Assembly (NCBI GenBank): GCA_000697335.1
Contig: JNEM01006747.1
Coordinates: 1 to 48,677 of the forward strand
Length of the DNA: 48,677 nucleotides
Origin: Conidiobolus incongruus B7586
Taxonomy: Eukaryota
Direction of reading: 5' to 3'
Shown: positions 12,129-25,084 of the stretch, in pieces
How the letters are laid out: every line of letters begins with the position of its first letter
How positions within the stretch are numbered: the first letter of the stretch is position 1
Made by a program: the position numbers and the translations under genes
The notes under the pieces: model-generated
The model's input: only the letters and a program-made list of their open reading frames with translations
What the model was told of the DNA's origin: nothing
Database searches by the model: none

Positions 12129-13376
12129 TCAAGGTTCTGATGAGTCACAATCGAAATCCATTCTCTCGGGCTGCGTTCCAAGTTTGGGAAGTTTAATATA
12201 CACGTCTGTACCCCATCCTGGTAGCGATACCAACTCCAAACTGCCGCCGAAATACTCAACAAAGGTTTTGCATAGGGGGAGACCGATACCGAGATCGTCC
12301 ACAGTGGGATTGTTGATGTTGGACATTTCGATCTTGGTAATGTGACGTTTCGTTTGAGAGAGCGCCTTCTTGTTGGAGTCGTTGGATTTGGCGAAGGACC
12401 ACAATTCGTCCATGGCGGTTGGGGGAATACCACCAGCTTGATCCGAAATGCGAAAGATCACTTCGTTTTGGCTTTCGCTCAACGTCACTTTGATCAATGA
12501 GGATGGATGCGAAATATCGGGGTTCTTGCCCATATTGTAGTAGGAAGCTCGGAATGTGTTCTTGAAGAGTTCAAAGAGAACGAATTCGATCTGATCGATG
12601 ACATATGCGAATTTCACAGTTGGATAACCGTCAAAGACAATTCTGGGCACGACTGGAGAGATTTGAAAGTCGCGATTGTCCAAATATGAGTGCGTTGCCT
12701 CGAGTGCTAGGGACGAGCACTTGTCAACCAAAGATCTAGCGTCACAAGCAATAGACACAATTCCAACCTGATTGTAATCATTATTAGACTTATTCGTCCA
12801 CTGATCCGTTAGCGCAACGTGCTGCTCGACCAAAACTCTCCTGGAAATTCTAGAGAATATACACTTCCTCATAAATTCGTCAATATCCGACTTCTTCATA
12901 TATCTCGAGGATTCTGACAGCCCTAGGGACAATTTCGGAATGACAGCAGAGTGTTCATTTAGCAGGTTAGACAACAGCTGACAAAATTCCATATTCTTGT
13001 CCAAATCGTCAATCTTTCTCACCTTCTTGAGTTCGTTAAAAGCCTTCCAATAAAGATTATAAACACCCTCAATATGAGGATTCGTTCCGATAATGAAAGG
13101 TAAATTCTGAAAGTCTCTAATTCTCCTCGCCAAACGAATAGGCAACTCCCTTCGGACGTAATTCGCACTCGTCAAAATTTTCTCTTGATTCAAGTTGCGA
13201 CCGAAGAAGATGAGTTGTCGCATAGTCAAAATGTTTAAATCTTGTTTGGCGTAAGTGTCGAGTACTCTATTGAAATAAAAATTCCGGGAGGGGTCTGCAT
13301 GCATGGAAAAATGAGCTTTCCCCAATTGCCACGTCTTAGGCAATTGTGTGGACCTTGGTTTGAGATATTGTAGCAT
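12129..13376 (-). CDS. Mitochondrial alpha-ketoacid dehydrogenase kinase (PDK/BCKDK family), intronless
   Basis: ELPIRLARRI..FQNLPFI; SRISRRVLVEQH; N-box ELFKN; SDQAGGI; GIGLP..YFGGSLELVSLPGWGTDVY; presequence-like N-terminus. Confidence 0.92.
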   Translation of the reverse strand: MLQYLKPRSTQLPKTWQLGKAHFSMHADPSRNFYFNRVLDTYAKQDLNILTMRQLIFFGRNLNQEKILTSANYVRRELPIRLARRIRDFQNLPFIIGTNPHIEGVYNLYWKAFNELKKVRKIDDLDKNMEFCQLLSNLLNEHSAVIPKLSLGLSESSRYMKKSDIDEFMRKCIFSRISRRVLVEQHVALTDQWTNKSNNDYNQVGIVSIACDARSLVDKCSSLALEATHSYLDNRDFQISPVVPRIVFDGYPTVKFAYVIDQIEFVLFELFKNTFRASYYNMGKNPDISHPSSLIKVTLSESQNEVIFRISDQAGGIPPTAMDELWSFAKSNDSNKKALSQTKRHITKIEMSNINNPTVDDLGIGLPLCKTFVEYFGGSLELVSLPGWGTDVYIKLPKLGTQPERMDFDCDSSEP

Positions 13377-14298
13377 GTTTGTTAAAAATCTATTATTATG
13401 TATTTAGTTTGATGTTTGTATTAATTATAATATGTCAATTGTTAAAATGGTCAATTATTAAATTATTATAGCATTGATTATAATATAGGTAAAGTCAAGG
13501 AATCATCAAACTTCACTTCAGAAATCATATGAATTTATATCAATTTGATCTGACTGATAGATATGGAAAATATTGAGATCACAATACCATTTAAGGCCAC
13601 ATTTAAGTGACTTGGAATCACTAAAATCCAAAAAACATATGCATGAGCAATTTAAGTGAAGCAAAGGGAAATTATTGCAAAATTTCAATGTTCCTATTAT
13701 AGTAATTGAGTTGTCATTTTACATTTTATGAAATTTTAATTTATTTATTACAACTAGTGTTCATTTATTAAGAGGTGATTGGTGTGAGAGAAAAAGAAAT
13801 TTTGTTATCTTTGAAAAATGGATAATTGCTGGTTTTATTAAGTATTAGTTAAGATGACCAATTGATTTAATTCATTTAATAAGGGTCAATTTTAATGAGG
13901 TATTGGTCATTATTATCACAAACTATTAGATACTATCATACGAGATCTATAAGATAAACTCTTTTAAAATATATCATAACATTACTATCTGATATATATT
14001 CTATTTTATTCAAGAATATATTAAAATAGTATAGATAATTACTATCGATTGAAATTGATTAAGCAAAGGTCAAGTGTAGGTAATATTCAACAAATACTTG
14101 GATAAATTAATTATAAGTATTGCCTTAATAATAGCAATCTATTATTCAACATAAACAAGCATAAATATTAAATAACATGAATATTATGGATTGTGGATAT
14201 AATAAAACAATTGTGTATTACCCCATAGATACTCAAATGATCAAAATTTAAATATATTTCAAAATTATATTACATTATACAATGATTTATATTATCAC

Positions 14299-17029
14299 TT
14301 AAATCATCAAAGGAGGCGAAGGTGGTCTCTTAATACCAGAATCAATCAAATTGGGATCGATGCAGTCGGTCGCATCCAAATCTTCCAAATCTTCTTCCCA
14401 ATCCTCCAATTCGTCTTCGTCTTCAGTGGTAGATACCGTCCAAAAGTCGGGATCGTTCAGGTGTAAATCGTCTGTCTCACTAAATACTTCTGACTCGAGC
14501 CAAGCATCGTAATTCTCCATAAAATCTTCATCCAGGTGGATTTGGTTGTAGTTGGGATGCTGCGACGTTGGCGATTGTATTAAATCGGTGACGCTAGGTT
14601 GACTGTGGAGGGAATTTAATACGTTGATACCGTATTCCCTTTTGTGGAATGTAACAATCAATTGTCTTAAATTATTCTGCTGAATTTCCGCATACTGGTC
14701 AATTTCCGATGGTAGTAACCAATCTTCCCTGAGGCCAGATCGGCAGGTAAGATAAATCATAGTAATTATTTTCATATTGGCTTGACGCCATTTGCGTCCC
14801 AAATAGGGGACTTGATGCTGAATCACTTTCAAAATGTATTTGTTGAGTATTGGATGAGAGATTTTGAGACCTCGTTTTAAAATTGCAGAGGATTTGAACT
14901 GAATTAATAACAAAAGACGAGATAATTTCTTTTTACACAATTTGTTTAAGATCCTAAAGAAGTTAATAGCTGTGAAGAGATTGCGACCTCTGCCCAACAA
15001 TACTTCTTTAGGATCGTTAGGATTCGACACAGATTTCAACTGGGACGTATCTGAATTCAAATTGGGAATAAGAGATCTAAAGAATCCCATATTGTCGCAT
15101 TCGTTACGTACTGATACTAAAGTGGTGAAATCTTGTAATCCATACATCTTCAAAATTAATAGAATGGCATTTGTGTCGACTAGTAATGTACACCAATATT
15201 CGTATCTGAGAATGTGACTAGCTTTGAATTGTTTTAGAATGAGTAGCAAAATAGCTGAGACGCTTTTGGCTACAATTTCTTTGTGTCGAATATCGTCTAC
15301 TTCTTCGACAGACAAGTGTGAAGGTGTAGTTTCGACAACCGATACGGTTGTACCATCGTTAGAATTGTTGGATTCGTTAGGTTTGCTATTGGGTATCGTA
15401 GCTAACAGCAGTTTCAACAAAATGACTACAATACTGTGAGCATCTGGTAAGATTGCTTTATATAAAGCTTCAATCCTGTCCAATTGAGCTTGATATTTAG
15501 AATCCTTAGAATTTTGCCTTTGCAATGGTGATTCTCCTAAATTTTGATTCTTATTGCTAGTATTAGAAGATTCTTGTTCTTTAATGATTTGTAAATGACC
15601 TAAAGAAAATATTAAATGTTTGTCATATAAGTCGATAGCTTCCTGAATTGGTTTAGGAACTTTTGGCGATTTGGAACTTGTGGGGAAAATGAAGGGAGTT
15701 GGGGTGGGTACTATGGAACTGGAGTAGAATGATCCAATACTCATGTTGGGAATATTTGCAATATTGGGCATTGAAGGTCTTGGGCCATCTCCAACCCATT
15801 TCGTATTAGTGACGGCTGCCTTTAAAAATGGATCGGATTTGTGTGTACTGAAGGATGTGGGATACTTGTGCATTATTTCCCAATGGTAGAGATTGTACTC
15901 TTCAGGATTTACTTTGATCAAAGGTTCAGGAGTTGTGCTGGGTGGTAGACCGTGACGAATACGATTGTAGTTTGTTAGTTCTTTGATAGAATTAAAGTCG
16001 CCATTGATAGTCATTAGCACTTTCCAAAGTAATAATAATACTTTTTTAATAGGATAGCCTTTAAAACTTTTTTCTTTAAGTTTAGCAACTAACCCAAATA
16101 GAAATTGGGGTAATGAAGGTTCCAAATTAGCTATAATCAGATTATAATATAGTTAATAATTATAGTATATTTAATTATTTTAAATTTACCTAATTCGATA
16201 TCAAAGTCATCGTTAGAATTGCGATTTATTTCGATATACAAATATAATAAACTCAGCATTAAGCCAATTTCTATATTTACTTCACTCATTTTGTTAATAT
16301 CTACATTGGAACCTGTCCAATAAGTTCTAAGACATATAAATCAGTTATAATAATTGATTATTTAAAATGAGTACATACTGAGCCAAAGTATCATGAGTGC
16401 CACATGCAATTTTCAACCCTGAATAATAGTAATGAATTGCATTCAACTTTCTTAAGTGTTTATTGTTGTGGATCAACATATTCAAATGATCCTGACTAGA
16501 TTTCCTCTGTTCAAATTGGCCCTGCGCCAAGTATAACAGACACATTGACGCTTTAAACCTATTGGTTCTATCCGAAGTTTCCAAAGTTTCTAACCAAATT
16601 TCTATTTCGGAATGTCTGTCCTCTATTTTAAAACGTTCCCAATCTAAAATTATATTAATTATAAAAATTAAATTTGATCTACATATAAATACCGTTAGTA
16701 TTCTCTTGAAAATAGTTCTTAGCTTCCAAATGTCTAGGAATTTCTGTATAACTATAAAATTCGTTAATTTCATTTGGTAAATCTAAATATGTTTCGTAGT
16801 CCATATGAAATCCTTGTTCCTGGTAGTGACTTTTGGACGTGGTCTGATGTTGTTTGATTAGCTTTTTTAATTGACCTAATGTGAGAGAGTCGTGAGGGTT
16901 TATCACACGTTCGTCCTGATTATCCTCGCTTGACCAAGTATTAGGAGATTTTTCACCGTTCGAGGCTTGACTGTCGGGTTGGATTTCACTTAGCTTGGTT
17001 TCGGACTTATTAGGATTTGGTGTATTCAT
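14299..17029 (-). CDS. FAR11: STRIPAK subunit Far11/STRIP1 homologue, 4 exons
   Basis: DSLTLGQLK; EINEFYSYTE; LLYLAQG; YPIKKVLLLLWK; RHKEIVAKSVSAILLLILK; FKSSAILKR; QVPYLGRKWRQANMKIITMIYL; three GT-AG introns in frame. Confidence 0.92.
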
Positions 17030-17122
17030 TTTGTGCAGTTATTAATTATGTTTTAGTTATTAAATAATTTATTTTATGACTTGATTTTATCTGAGATTTA
17101 ATTATTATCATTGATTAATCAA

Positions 17123-17131
17123 TTATGGGAT
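17123..17131 (-). promoter_or_regulatory. ATCCCATAA upstream element, FAR11
   Basis: TTATGGGAT on the + strand; 102 bp upstream of ATG 17029. Confidence 0.6.
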
Positions 17132-17182
17132 TATTATCTAATAATTAAAATTAAGGTCTAAACTTATATTCTAAAATATTTA

Positions 17183-17229
17183 ATTTCTTAATTCTAAATT
17201 TCTAAATTTCTACATTTCTAAGTTTCTAA
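17183..17229. repeat. Degenerate ~8-bp tandem repeat (xTTTCTAx, 5-6 copies)
   Basis: atttctta attctaa atttctaa atttctac atttctaa gtttctaa read directly. Confidence 0.6.
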
Positions 17230-17737
17230 TAGTATGTTTTGAATATACTACCATTGTATATTTACACTTTAATAAGCTTATGATTTGATTAAGGTTAACT
17301 GATAAAAAATTATATTTTGATTAAATTTGGATAACTCAATATCAATTATTCAGCTATTTAATATAGGTAAATTCTGAAAAATGCCAAAATTTTCAAAAGA
17401 TTAAGTCAATAGATTATATATATTATTAATATAGCCAATTGATAAAAATAAAGACTAATGATGATATTTCTTTTGGATATATATCAATTTTTTTGAAAAA
17501 TATTGGTATTTCGATTATTAAATGATTTAGCTTTGTATCAATATTAACCACTTTAAAATCTGGGATGTATACGTAATGAAATATGATTAAAAATTGAGAT
17601 AAATAGATATTTCAATATTTTATATGAAAAGATAGGCATTAATATTAAAATTTAATAACCAATTTAAATTAACATCTATAGTAGTAATATTTGATTAAAT
17701 TTTAAAGTGTCTAACAAATTAAAATATATAAATCGAT

Positions 17738-18724
17738 CTACGTAAATAATAATATTAATACTAAAAATAATAAAACCATAGTTAATATAGTAATTATAAT
17801 AGACGATTTGACGTCTAGATCAATAGGTTAATACTGAAGACCAGATAAAATCATTATAAATTACCATTTAATTTTGCTAATATTACTTTGAATTTCATTT
17901 GAGCGCTCCTCAACTTCAATTGAGTTTTTATCTATTTGTGTATCCATTTCATCTAATAAGCTATTTTATAAAAAATGTATATTTAGAAAATTTTATATAA
18001 TATATAAAATTTAAATTATTACACTTGGTGATCCGATACTTCTTGATTAATCGTTGAAGCTATAGATTTTAAATTATTAACAGTATTAAATATGTTGTCT
18101 AATCCCATATCTTGATTTTGAAAGATTATCTAAAATAAAATGAATTAATATTATTACCTGAAAGTTGTTGGTTATTGAACTACTGTTTGTTCATCCGCTA
18201 ATTCATGTTGATTATTCTCTACAGGCTCCATACTGATAGAATAACTTGACTAAATGAAATTATTAATATAAATAACAAAATATTCACAAAATTAATTACG
18301 TCAACATTTCTGTCGGAAATAGCTTGTTCTATCAACTCCCTATCAGTTACAGTATTTTTCAGTTCTTTTATCCCCAATTTCACTTTTTCGACGTATTGCA
18401 ATCTCTCTTGAACTTGACCTGGAGTCAAATCAAATTTCGTTGGGTTAGTCTGTATCATTTTTACACTTTCCGTCAAATCCCCAACAGTTTCTTCCAAATA
18501 TTTGACAATTTCGAGTTCCTCAGCTGTGGTTTTTTGGAATTCTTCACTTTCGAGACTGTTCATCCGTTTTAGAAGACGGTTCCAACTTGAGAATAGATTG
18601 TTGAGATTTTTTAGAATCTTGAATTTCTCTACAATTATTATAGGTTGAAAAATTAATACACAAAGGTTAATAGGCTATTTTTGGGAAAATATTACTCTTT
18701 CACTAAATTATAGGAATCTTCCAT
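17738..18724 (-). CDS. TLG1: Qc-SNARE Tlg1/syntaxin-6, multi-exon
   Basis: MEDSYNLVK start; Syntaxin-6 N domain (LEETVGDLTESVKMIQTNPTKFDL...ERLQYV); SNARE motif QDMGLDNIFNTVNNLKSIASTINQEVSDHQ..LLDEMD; C-terminal TM helix; TAG 17738-17740. Confidence 0.85.
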
Positions 18725-18826
18725 TTTAAATTTTTTTAAATTTTTTTTTAAAATTAAAACAAACTCAAGTGTAAATATTCGGGAATTAAAGTCACATTTA
18801 TTAAATTGAATATAACCAAATTCAAA

Positions 18827-18835
18827 ATCCCATAA
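18827..18835 (+). promoter_or_regulatory. ATCCCATAA upstream element, CDC6
   Basis: 99 bp upstream of ATG 18926, within the 201-bp divergent spacer. Confidence 0.6.
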
Positions 18836-18925
18836 ATAGTTATTTATAAATTGTGGTTATAAATTAAATTTCAATTTGGTGAAATGGATATATATGTATC
18901 AAATATCTTAATATTTTAAAACATT

Positions 18926-20287
18926 ATGACTGAATTATATACCCAATTAAAATATAAACTTAACACACCGTGTTCAGAATTAGTTGGAAGGTCTAAAGAA
19001 CGCGAAACAGTTCAAAATTATTTCAAAACTTATTTTGAAACTGGTAAACAGACTTCAAGTCTCTACATTTCCGGTAACCCCGGTACGGGTAAAACTGCTC
19101 TGATTCAAGAATTTATCAATCGATACCAAGATTCCGATGATAGTATTCAATCTATCAAGAAGAGGAAGCTGGAGGCCTCAAAATTTGGCGATAGGATTTA
19201 TTATTTAAATTGTACAAGCTTGAACTCACCAAAGTTGATTTATTCTAAATTAGTTAAAATGATATTTGGTTCCACTAATACTAAAATTAAAGATGACAAG
19301 ATTAACTTTGAAAATTTGGTTTTTAATGCTAATAATAATGATCATAATACTAAGAAAAATAGATCAATTAAGTAAGTTACTAGTGATATATTGGCTAGTC
19401 ATCAGATTATATTAATTTATCTTTAGTTTAATTATATTAGACGAAATTGATCAGCTCCTAACGCGAGGGGACAATCACGAAGAGCTACACCAGTTAATCG
19501 AATGGACATTTTTAAAAAATTCCAACTTGAGTTTAATAGGTATTTCGAATACTTTAAACTTGTTAGAAAGATTCTTGCCAAAATTGAAGGCGAAGGGTTA
19601 CGAACCCGAATGTATTAATTTTCTACCATATAATGCCAGTGAATTAGCAGAAATTTTGAAGTTTAAATGTAAGGATGTCAAGTTTGAAGATACCAAAACT
19701 AAAGAATTGGTGCCTTTAATCCAGAGTACTACGATTGAATTTTGTGCGAGAAAGGTAGCCTCTTCGACTGGTGATTTAAGGAGAGCTATTGACTTAACTA
19801 TTCAAACTATTGATTGTGCTTTGGAAGAATATTCTAAAACTGATAAATCTGAATATATCCCAATTACTGTGAGTCATGCACTTCAGGTGACAAAACAAAT
19901 GAATCAAGACACATCATCCTGTAAATTAAAAGATCTCAATATATCACAACAATTGATTTTATGCTCAGTATTACACTTAATCAAATCCAATCAGATATTA
20001 AAATTTGAAGATGTAAGACAATTCAATCATATCAAATAACATTTATTAATCTATTTTTTAGATATATGACAAATACTGCGATCTATGCGATGAATCTGAA
20101 CTATTCCATCCAATCAGTCAAACTGAATATCAGGACTGTATTACGAATTTAGAGTCCATTGGATGCGTATCTGTAACAAAGAAAAAAGTGAAAAAATCCA
20201 GTTTAATCGTCATCAATTTATTGAGTATGGAATCAGATATTGTCAATTGTATCAAATCTAATCCTGAAGTGAATGATTTGTTACCAA

Positions 20288-20292
<5 letters not shown>
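18926..20292 (+). CDS. CDC6: Cdc6 replication-licensing AAA+ ATPase, 3 exons (18926-19371, 19427-20012, 20062-20292), 420 aa
   Basis: LVGRSKE; Walker A YISGNPGTGKT; Walker B IILDEIDQL; LIGISNTLNL..RFLP; FCARKVASSTGDLRRAIDL; winged-helix C-terminus. Confidence 0.93.

Positions 20293-20294
<2 letters not shown>

Positions 20295-20324
<30 letters not shown>
20295..20324. repeat. (TA)15 microsatellite between the convergent CDC6 and GFA stop codons
   Basis: Direct reading. Confidence 0.9.
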
Positions 20325-20327
<3 letters not shown>

Positions 20328-20371
20328 AATTTTAAAATAAATGAATAGATTTATTGAATGATAATACTGAA

Positions 20372-21188
20372 TTATTGGACCCAGTAACCGTTATTCTTAT
20401 GCCAATCTTCAATGGAAGATTCGGGATATTTTTCATATAGGAGATCTTTATCGCTAGCTTTGACATCGGTTGTCCATGAAGCTTTCGAGCCTAACATCAT
20501 ATGTACAACCTGTTCGGGTTTGGGTAAAGGTGTATCAATTGCACTCGAAAAGGGATACACCTAAATAAATGTTAGTGTATTCTATTATTGGAAAGAATGC
20601 TATTTGATTTACTGAATCAGCATATTTTTCATCTATATATTATATAATGATTAATATTAAATCATTTGTTTTTTTGTACGAAATTACCATAAGCCCACAA
20701 ATTAGAAGAGCAATTGGAGCAAAAATATCTGACGTTACCACTTCAAAGCATTACTAATAATTTCAATTGATGTGGATATGATATTTACCATAATTGATGC
20801 TCAGATTCTGGAGCTTCTCGATTAATAACAGCTTGATAAGTTCTACAACATTTAAATATTAATCTTAATAATTCTTCATTTAATGGTACTCTATTACGAA
20901 ATGGGACAATCTTCACGAGTAACTTTTAAAGTAGATTTCTATCAAATAGAATGAATTTATAATCCATGTTAGTAATAATTAATTATATATTACCACTCCC
21001 ATAATATTGGTACCAAAAGGAGCTCCCGATCCAATTTTTCTACAGATTGAACTAATTCAAGATATTAATCTTTGTTTATTAATATGATCTATTATTTATT
21101 ACCAGTAGCATCTAATGAATGGTACAGGTGTATGAGATTCTACTTCAAATTGAATCTTATTACAGTGACAGCTTCCTAGCAATTTCAT
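20372..21188 (-). CDS. GFA/CENP-V (Mss4-like) zinc-binding family protein, 7 exons
   Basis: Spliced: MKLLGSCHCNKIQFEVESHTPVPFIRCYCSICRKIGSG...RYFCSNCSSNLWAYDEKYADSVYPFSSAIDTPLP...HMMLGSKASW...YPESSIEDWHKNNGYWVQ*; CxC, CxCxxC and FCxxC zinc motifs. Confidence 0.88.
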
Positions 21189-23635
21189 TTTTTTTAAATT
21201 TAGCAAGGTAAATTGATGACGTACCAACTCAGTATTTATACTCAAATTGTGATTTAGTTATTTGTATTGAATTTTATTTTATTGGCTGATATAAAATCAT
21301 TAGATAATTGTTGAAAATTGTATAAATAGTTTTCTTTAGGATGAATAATATCAAAAGGAAAATAATGAATTTAAATATTAGACAAATTATTATTTTTTAA
21401 TTATATATAAATATATATTACTTATACTATATTATTACAGTAGACGTTTATTTTCAATATACTTCAATTTTATTAATCAGTTACAAATTAAATTTAATCA
21501 ACTAAGATTAAAACAGTCAGCTGACAAATTTGCCATTTTTGAATGTTCTTTACCCCACCCTGTAATAAATTTTGGGTATCCATACAAAAATATATATAGC
21601 AAATATCAGAATTAATATAACACAGCTGATATTTAAAAATTGTTCAATAATTAAATAATTTAATACATATATAAATATTCATCATCTACTTCATTTAATA
21701 TTTCAAAGGGTATTGTATTTTAGATTTACAGCATATATATTAAATTGACTCAATTAAAATACCTCTTTTCAAATATTTTCCTCAGTAAAAAATTAATTAT
21801 TAACCGATATTAAAATATTTTTTAAATTTTATGTTTTTATAACATCAAATCAAATTTTTTTTTCTGTTTTATTATCACTAATACCAATTAAAGTAACAAA
21901 TTATCCTTTAAGTGAAGAATTATTTTACTGATATATATCAAGTTTTATATTTTTATTTTCATGTCAAAATTTAATTTGAAAATATTATTTTTAATATTTA
22001 TTAATAATAAAATGAATTTATGATTAGATTTTTTCAAGATTACAGTGTAGTTTCATGAATAAGACAAAGTGTTATCCCATATTAGAAGCAGTAATTTTAT
22101 TTTTTATATTCGTAACTTGAGCTGAATTCATTTTTTATATAATTAGATTATAACTAAATAGATTATATGAGAATATATATATATATATATATATTATTAT
22201 CTTTTGAATAGTTTGTTTTTGAAATTAGAGCAAAACATTCCATAATAATAATAATTAGGATAGTTATATACAGTAAAATATACAAAAGATATTTTGAAAT
22301 CATTCCAATTCAAGTAATGGCATCGACATTGAACCTTGAAATACGTTAAGAAAATATAATAACTGAAGCAAATAATTAATATACAATTTACAATATTAAT
22401 ATGCTAAATTAAGCTTTGAGTCCAAATAATTGCTTAATCGATTATGGTCAAAAAATTTAAAATTAGATGAAAAATAAAATGCCAGTATATATACTAAATA
22501 AGATCAATTATTATTGAGATATATATAGATTCATTTATTCAGTGTATTCATAGAATGTTTATTATTGAATCAATTTGAATAGTAATTGTAATGATATTTT
22601 GAGTTCTTTGGGATTGTATATTAGAAACTATTATATCAAGAATAAGAAAGGTTTGTAGCGAATTTTTTGAATTAAAAAATTAATCAAATCGATAATGTAA
22701 ATATAAACATAATTTTTATAACATCAAGTAATATTTATCAAATATATAATATACTTAAGGTTTGATTTATATTGTATGATTTGACATAGCAGCAAAAATA
22801 TAATGTAAACCACTAAATGAAATGCTCCTCGCAAAGCTCTAAGCATCCTTAGATACTATCTGAATTTAAAATTTCAAAATCACAAATTCAGAACATTTCA
22901 AATTTTAAATTTATTATAGAATATATATTTGGTAATTTTTGTCATATTATAGCAGGTTATATAAGAATTGACTGGCTTTAATTTCCTAGATTAATTGTAT
23001 TCTATATGAGGTTAAATTATAAAATATAACTGAACTTGAAATTAAAATCTATTGAAAATGAATTTACAAATAATGTAGTACCAAAAAATAACCACTAGAT
23101 AATATATAAAATCAGCATTTATAATTAACCCCCCAGTATGCTCAGTTTTAGTACATTAATCAATGATCAATTAAAATAAACTATATCAAAATATTTTTAA
23201 ATATATTTAGGGTTTAATGTATTGAGTTAAATTTGGAGTTAAACGTTTTACTTTGTCAAATTGAATTTAATCAATTGGATACATAATTTTGATAGAATCG
23301 GCAGAAATATTAAGTTTATCAATTGTTTTTAATACTTTATAGGTGTTGATATTAGACGGTATCATAACTATTAAGAATTGATAATAAGAAATGTTGAATT
23401 CTAGATATTGATCGATAATTAATATGAAAAAACTGTAATGAAATGTGAAACCGAAAAACAAGGAATTGCAAACTCTGAAAATGGAATCAAATGAACGTTT
23501 GGAACGAAATTTAATTGAGTGAAATGAGTTGGAGTTTGAGAACAAAAATTTAAAACTTGTGGTGATATGAATATAAAGAGGTGCTTCCTTCTTGATAAAT
23601 CATTACTCCCTCCTCTAATTAATTGTTTCTCTATA

Positions 23636-24640
23636 ATGAAATCGTCGTTGTTGAATTCTTTTATATTATATATCGTATCACTTCATGGTTTGGATTCGAG
23701 AATCAGAGATGATTTGAAGGAAGATCGCATTATAGGTGGTCAAGAAGCCAATCCCTTCTTTTACAGTTTCATTGCTTCCATTCAATACAAAGGTCATCAC
23801 ATATGCGGTGGGTCACTGATCTCCAATAACTGGATCGTGACCGCGGCGCATTGCACTATCCGAGATGCCGCCGACTTCACGGTGCATTTGCATCGCCACA
23901 ACCTCGCACTGTCCGACGCCAGCGAAAACGGTATCGTCGGTAGAGTTGTCAAACGCATCATTCATCCCGAATACAATCACGAGAATAATTTAAACGATAT
24001 TGCATTGTGGAAAATTGAATTCCCTAAGAAGCATATGCTCAGAAATATTCAGAAGGTCGAGCCCGATGTGGGAAGTTTTGCTGATAAGACAGGTACTATG
24101 CTTACTGCTATTGGTTGGGGTAAGACTCAGGTGCAGAGAGGTGTTAATGCTGCTAATGGTGCTGCTCATGTGCTCAATGAAGTTCAGGTGCCGGTAGTTG
24201 ATTTCAAATTATGTCAAGAGGAATACAACGTGATTCATGTTGATCTCAAACCCAAATATCAAGTATGTGCAGGCTATGACGAAGGTGCCAAAGACACATG
24301 CCAAGGCGACAGTGGTGGCCCTCTGATGTATATCAATGGAGGCACCGCAATCCTTGTAGGAATCACCAGTTTTGGCAAGGGATGTGCGCTACCCAAATTC
24401 CCAGGCATTTACACTCGTGTCGCGCATCATATCAACTTTATTAACGCCAGTCTCCGTGAAGACAGTCCTGATAGTCCTGGATTGGATGGTGTATCACCCG
24501 AAGAATCAATAGAATCGAATCTTGAAGAGTTATCGGAATCACCATCATCTCAACCAAATCAACTTTCAAAGAATCCTATGCGCCACAAATTGCATAAACT
24601 TATAATGGGACCACATCTTCATAAAACTCATTTTCAATAG
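23636..24640 (+). CDS. Secreted trypsin-like serine protease (S1A), intronless
   Basis: R|IIGG activation site; TAAHC, NDIAL and GDSGGP catalytic triad; Asp in the S1 pocket (KDTCQGD). ATG 23636 preferred over 23567 because it begins a signal-like segment and TATAAA lies at 23572-23577. Confidence 0.95.
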   Translation: MKSSLLNSFILYIVSLHGLDSRIRDDLKEDRIIGGQEANPFFYSFIASIQYKGHHICGGSLISNNWIVTAAHCTIRDAADFTVHLHRHNLALSDASENGIVGRVVKRIIHPEYNHENNLNDIALWKIEFPKKHMLRNIQKVEPDVGSFADKTGTMLTAIGWGKTQVQRGVNAANGAAHVLNEVQVPVVDFKLCQEEYNVIHVDLKPKYQVCAGYDEGAKDTCQGDSGGPLMYINGGTAILVGITSFGKGCALPKFPGIYTRVAHHINFINASLREDSPDSPGLDGVSPEESIESNLEELSESPSSQPNQLSKNPMRHKLHKLIMGPHLHKTHFQ

Positions 24641-25084
24641 ACGGTCATAAAATCATAGTTTTTTTAATTAATAAAATTATTCATTTTCATTATAATAAAC
24701 TCATTTCTGATATAGGTATAATTAAAATCGTAACAATTTTTTAAAAAAAAATTTTTTTTCATTAAACTTGAGGTGACGTTTTATTTAAGTTTCAAAAAAT
24801 TGTAAAAATTTCAAACTATTATAATGACGATCTTCTTTCTTTGATACAAACATTATAAAAATCTAAAAATATACACAATATCACAATATTAATTACTAGA
24901 AAAAATTTTTAGCTTATTAATGATTGATATTATGTATATACTCGAATTGATTCATTTTGTATTTTTTATTTTATAAAATATTTATTCAGAGAATACTTGA
25001 TTAAAATGATTCCAAATTTATGTATAGAATATATAGTGATCAAAATCATAGTATATTATATTCGAAAATTGATTTATTAAGTTA

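Noticed and set aside
12089..12689. Overlapping alternative-frame and antisense ORFs in the kinase gene (similar cases in FAR11, TLG1, trypsin, SPE3, arrestin, HIS7, SEM1)
   Set aside because: Expected shadows of GC-richer coding DNA; no independent motifs.
21515..21524. 10-bp palindrome GTCAGCTGAC in the GFA/trypsin spacer
   Set aside because: Single occurrence with no supporting context.
23267..23545. 92-aa minus-strand ORF and GAA-rich tract upstream of trypsin (possible heat-shock element)
   Set aside because: Non-ATG start; no correctly spaced nGAAnnTTCn array.
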